Assembly: GCA_028286725.1 (NCBI GenBank)
Contig: JAQBQZ010000009.1
Span: 1,408-65,407, forward strand
Source of the DNA: Candidatus Tayloriibacteriota bacterium
Lineage (GTDB): Bacteria > Patescibacteriota > Minisyncoccia > Phycocordibacterales > CAIRYW01
Direction: 5' to 3'
DNA length: 64,000 bases
A program made the translations under genes and the position numbers. The number at the start of each line of letters is the position of its first letter. Position 1 is the first letter of the stretch. Positions 28,471-39,201 of the stretch are shown piece by piece. Below the pieces are notes generated by a model, which saw nothing but the letters and a program-made list of their open reading frames with translations, was not told the origin of the DNA and made no database searches.

Positions 28471-31170
28471 CTCGGGTCCCGATCCCGAGCTCACCTTCCC
28501 ATTCCTTGAGAAAAATTCCTCTCCAATAATATTCCCCTTTCTCCCCTTCTTCACATCAAAAACGAGTTCTTTGTTTTTGAGATCTACATTTACAACCCCT
28601 CCTTTTATAACACTCTGAGCAATGATCATATTCGCTACAGGGTTTAGAATCTTGTTTTGAATAAGTCGCTTTAATGGTCGCGCACCATACTGTGGGTTAT
28701 ACCCTTCCTTTGCAAGATAGTCGAGGGCTGCCACAGAGAGCGTCAGTCCAATCTCTTTTGCCGCAAGTCTTTCTTTGATAAGTCCCACTTGAATATCTAC
28801 GATCTTTCGAATGTTTTCGTTTGAAAGAATATCAAAGAGGATAATATCATCGAGTCGGTTCAAGAATTCTGGTCGGAAATAATCCTTGAGAGATTCCATC
28901 ACCTTCGCTTTTGCATCGTCATAGTTTTGCTTGTCAGTTTCATCCATTGCAAATCCAATCTTCTGCATTCGATCAATATATTGCGATCCAATGTTTGAAG
29001 TCAAAATGATCACAGTATTTTTGAAGTTCACTGTTCGCCCTTTTGAATCTGTAAGTCGCCCATTGTCCAAGACCTGAAGAAGCACATTGAACACTTCTGG
29101 ATGTGCCTTCTCGATCTCATCAAAAAGAATGACTGAGTAAGGTCTGTGTCGGACGATCTCTGTAATACTTCCCCCTTCATCATGGCCCACATAACCCGGT
29201 GGCGCACCAAGAATTTTTGACACTGCATGCTTCTCCATATATTCAGACATATCTACGCGCACGAGCGCTTTGTCATCATCAAACATAAATTCAGCGAGTG
29301 CTTTTGTGAGCTCTGTCTTTCCAACTCCAGTTGGTCCCAAAAAGAGGAACGATCCTATTGGTTTATTCGGATCAGAAATACCCGCTCGATTTCTTTTGAT
29401 TGTATCAGAAATACTTTTGACCGCCTTGTTCTGTCCGATAATTCTCTTCTCAAGATCCTCTTCCATTCGCTGAAGCTTCTCCGCTTCTGCTTCAAGCATT
29501 CTGTCTACTGGGATACCCGTCCACTTTGCAACGATCTCTGCAACATCAGATGCAGTCACTTCTTCTTTGAGAATTCTTCGTGAGCTCTGGAGCTTCTTTA
29601 GTTTTTTACTTTTGATATCAAGTTCTTTTTCAAGAGTTGGGATCTTTCCATATCTAATCTCTGCAGCCTTTGTGAGGTCTGCTCTAATCTCGGCGCTTTC
29701 AGCTTCAACACGAAGATCATCAAGTTCTTTTTTGACCTCTTTTATTTCTCCCAAAATTTCCTTTTCATTTTTCCATTTGAGTTCGAGTTCATTTGTCGAT
29801 TCTTTAAGATTTCCAATTTCTTCATCGATCTTTAATACTCGAGCCTTAACATTCTTGTCAGTTTCAATATCTTTTTTGAGTGCTTCTCGTTCAATCTCAA
29901 GCCGCATGATCTGTCGGTGTGCAATATCGAGCGCTTCTGGCTTGTTTTCAAGTGCGATCTTCAAATGCGATGCAGACTCATCAATGAGGTCCACCGCTTT
30001 GTCAGGAAGGAATCTGTCAGTAATATATCGGCTTGAGAGATTCACCGCAGAGACGATTGCATCATCAGTGATCCGTACACCATGATAGAGTTCATATCGA
30101 TCTCGAAGTCCTCGAAGGATTGCGATCGCATCTTCGATAGTCGGCTCTGAAACGAACACTGGCTGGAATCGTCGTGTCAGCGCTGGATCTTTTTCAATAT
30201 GCTTTTGGTATTCACGAAGCGTTGTTGCTCCCACAGCTCGAAGCTCTCCACGCGCAAGCGCAGGCTTCAGCATATTTGATGCATCGAGCGATCCTTCTGC
30301 AGCTCCTGCTCCAACAATAGTGTGGATCTCATCGATAAAAAGAATTACCTTTCCATCACTTTTTTCAATATCTTTCAAAATGTTTTTGAGTCGTTCTTCG
30401 AATTCTCCTCGGTATTTTGTTCCTGCAACAAGTGAGCCCAAATCGAGTGACACGAGCTCCTTATCTTTGAGACTTTCTGGCACATCACCCTGAGCGATTC
30501 GTCCTGCGAGACCTTCGATGATCGCAGTCTTTCCTACTCCCGCCTCTCCAATAAGGATTGGATTGTTCTTTGTTCGTCTTGAGAGAATTTGCACAACTCG
30601 TGCGATCTCAGTATCTCGTCCGATCACTGGATCAAGCTTGTTTTCTTTTGCGAGCTTTGTGAGATTACGAGTGTACTTTGTGAGTGCTTTCATTTTCTTT
30701 GGATGCTGAACATCTGTGACAGTACCGAGCTTTAATTCCTGAACAACACGAAGAACAGATTCTTTTGTGATCTTGAATCTTTGAAGCATTTCTTTTGAAG
30801 ATGATGGGACTTCAGTAGATGCAATAAAGAGGTGCTCTGTTCCGATGAATTCGTCTTTGAGAGACGCTGCGATTTTGCCTGATACTTCGATGATCTGCGC
30901 GAGTTCTGGAGTGAGGTAGATCTGGTATGAAGGAGAAAGCACCTGAGCAGACTCAGGACCTTCGAGAGAATCAAGGAGTGAATCGGTGAGAAGGATAGTA
31001 TCAATCTCGAGTCGTTCGAGGATCGACAAAACCATACTCTCGTCCTGAAGGATGAGAGATGCGAGCAGGTGAAGAGGACTTACATGATTCTGTCCTCGCT
31101 CAATAGCAAGCTCGTGAGCTTTTCGGATGGCTTCTTTTGCTTTTGTGGTGAAATTTCCAAATGGAGGCAT
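28456..31170 (-). CDS. clpB: ATP-dependent chaperone ClpB
   Basis: 904 aa with a Clp N-domain, two AAA+ modules (GEAGVGKTA and GPTGVGKTE Walker A motifs) and a long middle coiled-coil domain. Confidence 0.92.
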   Translation of the reverse strand: MPPFGNFTTKAKEAIRKAHELAIERGQNHVSPLHLLASLILQDESMVLSILERLEIDTILLTDSLLDSLEGPESAQVLSPSYQIYLTPELAQIIEVSGKIAASLKDEFIGTEHLFIASTEVPSSSKEMLQRFKITKESVLRVVQELKLGTVTDVQHPKKMKALTKYTRNLTKLAKENKLDPVIGRDTEIARVVQILSRRTKNNPILIGEAGVGKTAIIEGLAGRIAQGDVPESLKDKELVSLDLGSLVAGTKYRGEFEERLKNILKDIEKSDGKVILFIDEIHTIVGAGAAEGSLDASNMLKPALARGELRAVGATTLREYQKHIEKDPALTRRFQPVFVSEPTIEDAIAILRGLRDRYELYHGVRITDDAIVSAVNLSSRYITDRFLPDKAVDLIDESASHLKIALENKPEALDIAHRQIMRLEIEREALKKDIETDKNVKARVLKIDEEIGNLKESTNELELKWKNEKEILGEIKEVKKELDDLRVEAESAEIRADLTKAAEIRYGKIPTLEKELDIKSKKLKKLQSSRRILKEEVTASDVAEIVAKWTGIPVDRMLEAEAEKLQRMEEDLEKRIIGQNKAVKSISDTIKRNRAGISDPNKPIGSFLFLGPTGVGKTELTKALAEFMFDDDKALVRVDMSEYMEKHAVSKILGAPPGYVGHDEGGSITEIVRHRPYSVILFDEIEKAHPEVFNVLLQVLDNGRLTDSKGRTVNFKNTVIILTSNIGSQYIDRMQKIGFAMDETDKQNYDDAKAKVMESLKDYFRPEFLNRLDDIILFDILSNENIRKIVDIQVGLIKERLAAKEIGLTLSVAALDYLAKEGYNPQYGARPLKRLIQNKILNPVANMIIAQSVIKGGVVNVDLKNKELVFDVKKGRKGNIIGEEFFSRNGKVSSGSGPERKTF

Positions 31171-31380
31171 ATTTTAAATAGTATTTAGTTTATTATTTGT
31201 AGTTTTATAGTATAAAAGACGGAAACCCGAGAACTATCTTAATAATACGATCATTATAGCACAAAATGTGCATTTTCTAAATGACAAAGTCCTGGATTTT
31301 GCTTCGCAAAATCCAGGACTTCTAATTAAAAATCCCACGCAACAGCAAGCTGTCGCGCGGGATCAATGTGTAAGCTTTCG

Positions 31381-31569
31381 TCAGCGAAATTTCGGGTGGC
31401 CGAATGGTTCCCAAAGCGGCTGCTGGTAGTAGCCACCGTAGGGGTAAATCATATAAGTGCCAAGTGGCCCCGACATGAAATTCTGCCCCGGTGTGAACGG
31501 TGCATTCCCGTTCGGGTACACACAGGACACGAGACTCAGAGCAGCAAACAAAAGAATAAAGGTCTTCAT
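31381..31569 (-). CDS. small secreted lipoprotein (62 aa) in GC-rich island
   Basis: MKTFILLFAALSLVSC lipobox-like signal, then a Pro/Gly/Tyr-rich tail. The start is at the internal Met of ORF 31381..31596. Confidence 0.45.
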   Translation of the reverse strand: MKTFILLFAALSLVSCVYPNGNAPFTPGQNFMSGPLGTYMIYPYGGYYQQPLWEPFGHPKFR

Positions 31570-31583
31570 CGTGTTTGTCTGAG

Positions 31584-31955
31584 TTAGTTGCTCCATCCTC
31601 CCGTTTGAGGATTGAATCCTGCGGAGTAACCTCCGCCCACCATGCCGTTTCCAACCGGGTAGATTGGCGACGGCTGGCGACGGACTTGCTGCTGGTTGTA
31701 GAAGTTGCCAAATCCGTTGAAACCATTGTTTCCAGAGTTCACAGGCATGCTGTTATTGCTGGGATAGTAGCCACGATTGGAGCCTGTGTTCACTGGGATG
31801 CGGGGAGCGTTATTGCCGGGATAGTAGCCACGATTGGAGCTTGTGACCACAGAACCACCTTGGCCGTAGCCGTAGTAGCGGTTGACGGTGCAGTTGCTGA
31901 AACCAGTGGCAACGAGGACAGCGAAGACGAGGCGGATGATGAGAGATGTTTTCAT
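31584..31955 (-). CDS. small secreted Gly/Tyr/Asn-rich repeat protein (123 aa)
   Basis: MKTSLIIRLVFAVLVATGFSNC signal, then internal repeats SNRGYYPGNNAPRIPVN / SNRGYYPSNNSMPVN. GC-rich codon usage. Confidence 0.45.
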   Translation of the reverse strand: MKTSLIIRLVFAVLVATGFSNCTVNRYYGYGQGGSVVTSSNRGYYPGNNAPRIPVNTGSNRGYYPSNNSMPVNSGNNGFNGFGNFYNQQQVRRQPSPIYPVGNGMVGGGYSAGFNPQTGGWSN

Positions 31956-31996
31956 GAGCTTGAGTTGGGTGGAGTTGTTGGAGTTACGCAAGCAGT

Positions 31997-32130
31997 TTGT
32001 TTCTGCGAGCGTGAAAATGAACCACATAAATGGACCATTTTCACGCTCGCTTTTCTCATTTTATCCTTATTTTGTTTGACGAATAGCTTTCAAAGAACCT
32101 TACTTAACTAGGATAAGTATACACCATATT
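31997..32130. repeat. about 130-bp module (copy 1) containing a perfect 14-bp inverted repeat. It is repeated at 33431-33535 upstream of a second secreted-protein gene.
   Basis: The hairpin is GCGAGCGTGAAAATgaaccacataaatggaccATTTTCACGCTCGC. The shared block GCTTTCAAAGAACCTTACTTAACTAGGATAAGTATACACCAT follows, then an AAAGTCAATACCCC... GC hairpin. Confidence 0.85.
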
Positions 32131-32237
32131 TAGGTAAAAGTCAATACCCCTGAATTTCATTGAAATTCAGGGGTATATAAAAAAAGAGACTCGCTAGGTG
32201 GGTACCATGCGAGTCTCTTCGTAGTTGAAGCCAGATG

Positions 32238-33368
32238 TTAGTTCGGACGGATGTTGAACCGGGATGACCCAGACGACGCAGACTGGCGTTTCGCTCCTGC
32301 CTGTGCTGCAAGTGCTGCTTGGATGTCTGTCCGATCCTGAGCCTTGAGCTTACCATTTGCGGCGAACCGCGTAAGGTATTCCCGCTGAGGATCAGTCAGA
32401 TTTCCATCCAAAGTGGCCTGGAAGGCAGCAATGCTGTTTTCGACAGCCTTGATGTCTTGAGGGCTTGCACCCCCTGCAGCACGTGCTGCGTCCAAATCAT
32501 TCTGACCCTTCTGAACGAAACTCCGCATAGCTGTGCGCCATTGAGACTCATTGCCGTTGTCGGCAACAGCAAGACCTTCGGGCTGGCGGCTAAAGATAGA
32601 GCTTCCCGGATATTGCTTCCGTTCTGCTGCATCAGTAACGGCTTGGATTGAAGGCACTGCGACAGCGACTGGAACTGGCTGTTGTTGGCGAAGCACAAGA
32701 GCTTTTTCGAGCTCAAGAACTTTTGCTTCAGAAGCTTCCAGCTTGCCCTTGGCTTCATCACGCTCCTTGCGGGCGGAATCGGCTTGGGAACTGTAGAGAT
32801 CAGCATTTTTCGCTTTGTCGGCGAGAGACTCCAGCTGTTTCGCATGAGTCTCAGCTTCACTCAGCTTCTTAGCAGTGTCAACCTTCTCCTTGATGGCGTC
32901 GGTTGTGGACTTGTCGGCAAGCGTGAGCTTGCTTTCCAATTCCTGCTTCTTGCTCTCGGCAGCCTTGATATCAGCCTCGAGCTTCTGCATCTTCTTTCCG
33001 TCCTCGATGCGGCCCTCGTTGAGAGAGGCCACAGTCTGCTGATACCCCAAATTTTCTTTGGAGAGCTTCTCCATCTTGGAGTTGCCGTTGCCGCCGAAGA
33101 TGAGGCAGAACAGGAGGATAAGGAGTGCAGCAGCTTCGGCCAAGATGATGATGCCCTTGGTGCGACCTCTTTGGGCCGCGTTCCGAGTGGCACAGTCTTT
33201 GCCTTCAGTGCGAGCTTCTTCCACCTCATCGAGGTGAATCTGGATCACATTCTCCGGATCCTTGCTGACCGCTTCGATGAGCAGCGTACTGCTGTCGAAC
33301 GGACCGGGAGCCGGTGGTGGTGTGTTGGTTGGAGCTGGAGTGCGTGTTGGTGGGGTGTGTGTGTTCAT
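32238..33368 (-). CDS. membrane-anchored coiled-coil protein (376 aa) in GC-rich island
   Basis: Pro-rich N-terminus and one TM (GIIILAEAAALLILLFCLIFGG). A long Lys/Glu/Ala-rich coiled-coil follows (KLEADIKAAESKKQELESKL...). GC-rich codons. Plus-strand ORFs overlapping it are judged spurious. Confidence 0.5.
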   Translation of the reverse strand: MNTHTPPTRTPAPTNTPPPAPGPFDSSTLLIEAVSKDPENVIQIHLDEVEEARTEGKDCATRNAAQRGRTKGIIILAEAAALLILLFCLIFGGNGNSKMEKLSKENLGYQQTVASLNEGRIEDGKKMQKLEADIKAAESKKQELESKLTLADKSTTDAIKEKVDTAKKLSEAETHAKQLESLADKAKNADLYSSQADSARKERDEAKGKLEASEAKVLELEKALVLRQQQPVPVAVAVPSIQAVTDAAERKQYPGSSIFSRQPEGLAVADNGNESQWRTAMRSFVQKGQNDLDAARAAGGASPQDIKAVENSIAAFQATLDGNLTDPQREYLTRFAANGKLKAQDRTDIQAALAAQAGAKRQSASSGSSRFNIRPN

Positions 33369-33430
33369 ACGGGTGGGATGTGTTGCATTTTGACGGAATT
33401 GACATCACGGATCACAAAGGGGTTTTGTCC

Positions 33431-33535
33431 TTGCGAGCGTGAAAATGAACCACATAAATGGACCATTTTCACGCTCGCAGTACTAACATTTGGCTTTCAA
33501 AGAACCTTACTTAACTAGGATAAGTATACACCATT
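33431..33535. repeat. second copy of the 14-bp-IR leader/promoter module
   Basis: The 46-nt hairpin and the GCTTTCAAAGAACCTTACTTAACTAGGATAAGTATACACCAT block are identical to those at 31997-32130. The AAAGTCAATACCCCTCCTACCGcacGGTAGGAGGGGT hairpin follows. Confidence 0.85.
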
Positions 33536-33606
33536 TTATCACAAAAGTCAATACCCCTCCTACCGCACGGTAGGAGGGGTATTTTGACCTATTTTATCTC
33601 TATTTC

Positions 33607-34995
33607 TTAAGCTATAATCCCCTTTCGAGCAAGATTATCTCTCTTGAACTTTGCGATCATTTCTCGCTGGGTCATACCGAGCTTGGCTGCTTTCTTCTTC
33701 AAGAATACCCACGCCATAAATGCTGACCAAAGTGTCATACCGAGTACGAAAAGGATCATTTTGAGGTTCTCTCCTACTCCTGTATATGGAATATCACTAA
33801 GATATACTCCAGAGGCAAGTGTTCCGTTGTTTGGTGTATTACCACCGTTACTTACGAGAGTAATATTGCCGTTGTTTCCACCTACATATACATTACATGT
33901 CTGTGTGACTGACTGACCACCTCCATCAGTTATTCGTACTGTCGCAGACTTTGTTCCACTCGTGCTAAACGATTGAGTTACAACTGATCCGTTACCATAT
34001 ACATCTCCTGACCACTGATAGTTATAGTTACTACCATTTCCGCCGTTTGCATTAGCTGTGAATGTAGCAACATTATTACCAGATACACTTGCAGAACAGT
34101 ATCCAGAAAGTGATTGGTTGTAGTTGTTGTTAACCTGAGTACTACAATTTCGTGTGATTGACTGACCGTTTGAAGTGATAGTTACAGTTGCAGATTTTGT
34201 TCCTCCGTTGTAGTAAGTATTTGAAACACTAGAACCATTACCATATGCATCTCCTGACCAACTATATGTATATCCTCCATTTCCACCTGTAGCATTAGCT
34301 GTCCAAGTAACAGTCTGGTTTGTCCCATATGATCCACTTGCAGTACATGAACCCTCCAAAGTATTTGTATTTTGCGCTACCTGGTTTGTAACTACGTTAC
34401 AGTTTCCCTGTCCTGCACAAGTGTTGTTCGTATTAGTGACCGTACTTGTATAGTTATAGTTAGTATTAGTTTTATTGCTTAAGAATGAGAGTGAAGAATT
34501 TCCTCCGTAACCACCACCGTTATTGTATCCACTATATCCACCTCCAATTCCTCCATATGAGTATGGCATTACGTAACCAGAAGAGTATCCGTATGATGAT
34601 GACTGAGGATATCCATATGAAGAGTATCCGTATGAAGGAGATGAGTAACCAGTCGAATAAGGTTGACTGTAAGAATCAGAATATCCATAGTTACTTGAAG
34701 GATAGTAGTCGTAACCAGTATCGTACCCATAATTACTTGAAGGGTAATAGTCGTAAGACGAATCAGCCGCATAGTTACTTGATGGATAGTAGTCGTATGA
34801 TGAACCACTTGAGTAATTACTTGAAGGGTAATAGTCGTAAGACGAATCAGCCGCATAGTTACTTGATGGATAGTAGTCGTATGAACTTCCTTCATCTGCC
34901 ATTACAGCAGTCGGAACTACCAAGATCGCCATAGAAGCAACAACAAAAAGTGCTGTTATTACCCTATATTTGATTGTGTTTATAATGTTTTGCAT
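33607..34995 (-). CDS. secreted low-complexity surface protein with PKD-like domains and a conserved C-terminal IPYTG-TM-basic tail module
   Basis: Signal peptide, then 5x SSYDYYPSSNY tandem repeats. There are two YxYxWSGDxYGNGS...GTKSATVxIT PKD-like modules. The C-terminus SGVYLSDIPYTGVGENLKMILFVLGMTLWSAFMAWVFLKKKAAK...AKFKRDNLARKGIIA is paralogous to that of 44439..45653. Confidence 0.7.
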   Translation of the reverse strand: MQNIINTIKYRVITALFVVASMAILVVPTAVMADEGSSYDYYPSSNYAADSSYDYYPSSNYSSGSSYDYYPSSNYAADSSYDYYPSSNYGYDTGYDYYPSSNYGYSDSYSQPYSTGYSSPSYGYSSYGYPQSSSYGYSSGYVMPYSYGGIGGGYSGYNNGGGYGGNSSLSFLSNKTNTNYNYTSTVTNTNNTCAGQGNCNVVTNQVAQNTNTLEGSCTASGSYGTNQTVTWTANATGGNGGYTYSWSGDAYGNGSSVSNTYYNGGTKSATVTITSNGQSITRNCSTQVNNNYNQSLSGYCSASVSGNNVATFTANANGGNGSNYNYQWSGDVYGNGSVVTQSFSTSGTKSATVRITDGGGQSVTQTCNVYVGGNNGNITLVSNGGNTPNNGTLASGVYLSDIPYTGVGENLKMILFVLGMTLWSAFMAWVFLKKKAAKLGMTQREMIAKFKRDNLARKGIIA

Positions 34996-35130
34996 AAATT
35001 TGTTTATTTATTTTTATAGGGTAATTATACACCCTTAGATTCATATTGTCAAGTGTTCTATTTACATAATAAAAATAGTGTTGTTTTAAAAGGATGCGGG
35101 CGGTACAAAGTACCGCCCGCGAAGGATGAC

Positions 35131-35511
35131 TCAAGGTCGATGTGCGTAAAGCACTTGCACCTCATCTCCCACGAGTCTCAGGACAAAGTGGCCCGATTCT
35201 GTGGCTTCTTCCACCGTCATTCCCCTGCTTTCAGGGATACGAATGCGTCCAGGGATCATATCTAATCCCGTTTTTGGTTCAGCGAGAATCAGATTGCCGG
35301 AGCGGTTGCGTGCAAAGACGAGTTTGCCCTCCTGGAGTGCCTGACGATAGGTTATTTGATGACCACCATAGGTCCGATCGAGTGGAAAGATTTCTCCATC
35401 GAGGATTTTGGGGTTGATTTGAGGCCGGGATTGAGGTTGAGGTTGAAGAGAGTTGCACGATGACAGGAAGCCTGCCACCACCAATAGAGCGATGCGAATG
35501 AGCGAGTTCAT
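35131..35511 (-). CDS. small lipoprotein (GC-rich), function unknown
   Basis: MNSLIRIALLVVAGFLSSC lipobox signal and a 126-aa mature product. The start is taken at the internal Met of ORF 35131..35550. Confidence 0.45.
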   Translation of the reverse strand: MNSLIRIALLVVAGFLSSCNSLQPQPQSRPQINPKILDGEIFPLDRTYGGHQITYRQALQEGKLVFARNRSGNLILAEPKTGLDMIPGRIRIPESRGMTVEEATESGHFVLRLVGDEVQVLYAHRP

Positions 35512-35601
35512 AACGACCTCCATAAAACCACAAAATGGAGTAAAAAGCAAGGCATCGCGGCTACGCCGCGATGCCTTTTGAAATATTCAATATTCTTTGC
35601 T

Positions 35602-36417
35602 TTATAGATAGTCCTTCACCTCATCAACCAAAAGCTTCGCATTCACAAACACTGGAGATGATTCTGTCTCGCTCGCCTTCTTTTCAAATGCGATAAGATT
35701 GCCTCCTGTATCAAAGAGAAGCCATCCTGATATTGGAGTTGTGAGAATCATATCAGTCACGAGAATGTTTTTTGTGCTTGATGCATTTTCGTCTGCAGAT
35801 TTTATTTCTGTCACGATTCCTGTTGAGACCACATCACCACTTTCTTTGCCTCCGAGTGCGACGATGTTGCTGCCAAGCTTGATGCCCGTAATACTTTTCA
35901 AAACAAGTGTTGGTATTTTGTTCTTCTCGCCTTGGGCATACTGCAGAGTAAAGACTGCAAAATTATTTGAAAGCCCCGACTTTTCAAACTTGAGAGGGAT
36001 CTCCTTGCCTGCAGAAGTCACAGCTGTGAATTGATGTTCCGGAAGTACTGACTCTGGGAGAGACGATGCGAGTACAGCATTCTTGCTTCCGATGGCAAGT
36101 CCGAGCGCGATGAATTGTTTTGTCTCACCAATAGTCTCATAGATTCGAACAAGACTATCAGACTTTTGGTCTGCAATATCAGCAGGTGAAAGCTCAGTCA
36201 CAGTCGGAGTCTTCACTTCTGGAGTACCAACAATATTTTTGACAGTTGGAATATCTGCAACTCTATCAATCGTCTTTTCGATCACCTGATAGATAGTCTG
36301 ATCTGGCCCAGAGCTGTTGTCTGTGAGTGACACTGTTGCGACACTCGTTGTCACCGCAGTCACGATCGCGACAAGAAGACAGACGAGGATGAGTTGTTGT
36401 TTAGTTATTTGTTCCAT
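35602..36417 (-). CDS. membrane-anchored trypsin-like (S1C/Do-like) domain protein, possibly catalytically degenerate
   Basis: N-terminal TM, then a C-terminal region VALGGKESGDVVSTGIVTEI...TDMILTTPISGWLLFDTGGNLIAF. It resembles the GNSGGPL C-terminal beta-barrel of the S1C fold, but no clear His/Asp triad is seen. Confidence 0.35.
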   Translation of the reverse strand: MEQITKQQLILVCLLVAIVTAVTTSVATVSLTDNSSGPDQTIYQVIEKTIDRVADIPTVKNIVGTPEVKTPTVTELSPADIADQKSDSLVRIYETIGETKQFIALGLAIGSKNAVLASSLPESVLPEHQFTAVTSAGKEIPLKFEKSGLSNNFAVFTLQYAQGEKNKIPTLVLKSITGIKLGSNIVALGGKESGDVVSTGIVTEIKSADENASSTKNILVTDMILTTPISGWLLFDTGGNLIAFEKKASETESSPVFVNAKLLVDEVKDYL

Positions 36418-37613
36418 TGGAGTAATAATACCTTTTTCAAAATTTTAAGACAATCATCGATTTCACTCTTTGTAGTATATCGTCCGAGTGAAAATCGAAG
36501 AGACGAGGCTGCGCAAGAGCGGTCACCATAGATTCGTTCGAGTACATATGAGTATGATTCCTCGCTTGTATTCATACAAGTTGATGCGGATGAACATGCT
36601 ACCCCATTTTCATCAAGACCGATCACTGCAAACTCTGCATCGATATCTGGAATACAGACATTCACATTATTTGGCAGTCGACTAATGAGTGCTCCATTTA
36701 TTTTTGCATTTGGAATCATCTTAGTGATTTCTTTAAAGAAATAGTCTCGAAGCTTTGTGAGCCTCACCACCTCTTTATTCATTTCCTTTTTTGCGATTGT
36801 GAAGCTTTCCGCAAATCCATGCGCAAGGATCGGAAGCTCTCGTCCTGAACGGAGCCCTTCTTCTTGTCCTCCGCCAAAAATAATCGGACTTATATTTACT
36901 CCTCTTCTTTTATATAGAAGCCCAATACCTGCTGGTCCATATATCTTTGGACTATGAAGCGTCAGGAGATCCACTCCAACCTTTTCCATATCGATAGGTA
37001 CATACGTCACTGACTGCGCAGCATCGGTGTGAAAATAGGGTGTGCCAGGTATTGCCATTCCAAGTTTTCTCCGCGCGTGCCGAACCTCTCGAGCAATCTC
37101 CTCAATATCATTTATTGTTCCGATCTCGTTGTTTGCATGCATAATCGTCACAAGCATTGTTTCTGACGTTAAGGATTTGCGAATTATTTTGTAAGGCAAG
37201 GTTCCATCTTTTTCTGGATCAATGTATGTTACCTTCACTCCTTTAGATTCAAGGTGTTTCAATACTTCAAGCACCGATTTATGTTCGATCGATGAAGAAA
37301 TAATATGCGGAGTCTTCCCTTTCTTTTTGTATTCATCCTTAAGAGATTCATAGAGACCGAGTATCGCAAGATTGTTTGACTCTGTCGCACCTGAAGTAAA
37401 TATGATCTCATCGGATTTTGCGCCGAGATTATTTGCAAGACTTTTTCTTGCATTCTCGTAGACCTTTTTTGCATTTCTTCCCTCTTCATGAAGCGCGTTT
37501 GGATTACCAATACAAAGCTTTTCAATCTTTTTCATCGAGAGAGACACCTTTGGATCAACAGGAGTCGACGAGGTGTAGTCGAGATAGATCCGTTTTTTTG
37601 CTCTTTTATTCAT
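36405..37613 (-). CDS. iscS: cysteine desulfurase (class V aminotransferase, IscS/NifS family)
   Basis: IYLDYTSSTPVD N-terminus, PLP-lysine region SPHKIYGP and C-terminal active-site Cys region. 402 aa. Confidence 0.85.
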   Translation of the reverse strand: MNKRAKKRIYLDYTSSTPVDPKVSLSMKKIEKLCIGNPNALHEEGRNAKKVYENARKSLANNLGAKSDEIIFTSGATESNNLAILGLYESLKDEYKKKGKTPHIISSSIEHKSVLEVLKHLESKGVKVTYIDPEKDGTLPYKIIRKSLTSETMLVTIMHANNEIGTINDIEEIAREVRHARRKLGMAIPGTPYFHTDAAQSVTYVPIDMEKVGVDLLTLHSPKIYGPAGIGLLYKRRGVNISPIIFGGGQEEGLRSGRELPILAHGFAESFTIAKKEMNKEVVRLTKLRDYFFKEITKMIPNAKINGALISRLPNNVNVCIPDIDAEFAVIGLDENGVACSSASTCMNTSEESYSYVLERIYGDRSCAASSLRFSLGRYTTKSEIDDCLKILKKVLLLQWNK

Positions 37614-37661
37614 AATTATATATATACCACATACTCCACACTATTCAAGCAACTTTGAAAA

Positions 37662-39200
37662 ATGTCAATTTGGTGCTATTATGTTGCCTTATATATGTCA
37701 AAGGATCAATCTCAAAAAAATAGACCTCCAGTAGTCGCCGTCATGGGTCATATTGACCATGGGAAGTCTACTCTTCTCGACCATATTCGAAAGACCAATA
37801 CAACAGATCGTGAGGCCGGAGGTATTACACAGAGAATGAGTGCCTACAAAGTAAGTCGTAAAAATGCAGAAGGAAGTGATGTTACAATCACATTCCTTGA
37901 TACTCCAGGACACGAAGCGTTTGGTGCGCTCAGATCACGAGGCGCGAAAGTCGCAGATATTGCGATCCTTGTTGTTGCAGCTGATGAAGGCGCAAAGCCA
38001 CAAACAATCGAAGCATACAAATGTATCAAAGAAGCAGGACTCCCATTCATCATCGCGATGAATAAGATAGACAAGCCGAACGCAAATATTGATCGAACAA
38101 AACAAATGCTCGGAGATGCAGAAATATTCGTTGAAGGCTGGGGAGGAGATATTCCAGCGATCGGTGTATCAGCTATTACAGGCGCAGGTGTTCCTGAGCT
38201 TCTTGATATGGTACTTCTCCTTGCTGATATTACGGATCTCAAAGCAGATATGGACGGAGCATCTGACGGCGTTATCATCGAAGCTCAAAACAGCAAACTC
38301 AAAGGTATCGGCGCGACAATTATCATCAAAAACGGAATCCTCAAATCAGGATCATTTGTTGTTGCAGGTGACGCAATCGCTCCAACACGAATCTTTGAAG
38401 ATTTCCAAGGCAAACCGATAAAAGAAGGTCATCCAAGCGATCCTGTTCGGATCACTGGATTCGACAAACTCCCTCCTGTAGGAGAAATCTGTGTAAGTGT
38501 TGAAACCAAAAAAGATGCGGAAGCTCTTGCAATGCAAAATAGAGAATTTATGGCAAAGATCGAAGGAGCCGTAACTATTGGAAGTGAAAATGCGACTGTT
38601 GCAATTCCTATCATCATCAAAGCCTCATCAACCGATGTTATTGAAGCAATCATGCACGAGATGAAGAAGATCAAAAATGAACGAGTATGTCTCAAAGTAG
38701 TTTCAACTGGCATTGGTTTTGTTTCAGAGAACGATGTAAAGATCGCAACAACAAAACCTGACAGTGTGATCCTCGGATTTGATACAAAGATCGATAACGG
38801 CGCAAAGACGCTTGCAGAGAGAGATAAAATAAATATCCAGACATTTGATATTATCTACAAGCTTACAGAATGGCTAGAAGTTTATATGAAGGAGAAGACT
38901 CCGAAGATGAAAGAAGAAGAAATTCATGGAAAAGCGAAGATCCTCAAATGTTTTAGTGTAAACAAAGATAAGCAAGTGTTGGGAGCAAGAGTTGAAGAAG
39001 GAATGATCTCTCTTAATGATGAGGTCAAGATCATAAGACGAGATGTTGAGCTTGGTCGTGGACGAATCAGACAGCTCCAGCAATCAAAGACAGAAGCCAA
39101 GGAAGTGAAAGAGGGGCTTGAATGCGGAACAATGATCGAATCAAAGATCGAGATCGCTCCAGGAGACAAAATTGAAAGTTTTAAAATAGTAGAAAGATAA
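37662..39200 (+). CDS. infB: translation initiation factor IF-2 (short N-terminus)
   Basis: G-domain VAVMGHIDHGKSTLLD...DTPGHEAF...NKID, followed by beta-barrel domains. The likely start is MSKDQ at 37698. Confidence 0.9.
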   Translation: MSIWCYYVALYMSKDQSQKNRPPVVAVMGHIDHGKSTLLDHIRKTNTTDREAGGITQRMSAYKVSRKNAEGSDVTITFLDTPGHEAFGALRSRGAKVADIAILVVAADEGAKPQTIEAYKCIKEAGLPFIIAMNKIDKPNANIDRTKQMLGDAEIFVEGWGGDIPAIGVSAITGAGVPELLDMVLLLADITDLKADMDGASDGVIIEAQNSKLKGIGATIIIKNGILKSGSFVVAGDAIAPTRIFEDFQGKPIKEGHPSDPVRITGFDKLPPVGEICVSVETKKDAEALAMQNREFMAKIEGAVTIGSENATVAIPIIIKASSTDVIEAIMHEMKKIKNERVCLKVVSTGIGFVSENDVKIATTKPDSVILGFDTKIDNGAKTLAERDKINIQTFDIIYKLTEWLEVYMKEKTPKMKEEEIHGKAKILKCFSVNKDKQVLGARVEEGMISLNDEVKIIRRDVELGRGRIRQLQQSKTEAKEVKEGLECGTMIESKIEIAPGDKIESFKIVER

Positions 39201-39201
39201 T

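Noticed and set aside
31575-33518. Long plus-strand ORFs 31575..32111, 32319..32651 and 32682..33518 in the GC-rich island
   Set aside because: High GC suppresses stop codons. They are antisense to signal-peptide-bearing minus-strand genes. Their shared C-termini simply reflect the duplicated leader module.
31997-33535. Integron attC-like interpretation of the 46-nt inverted repeat modules
   Set aside because: There are no GTTRRRY core sites and no intI. The modules sit upstream (5') of the genes like leaders or promoters rather than between cassettes.
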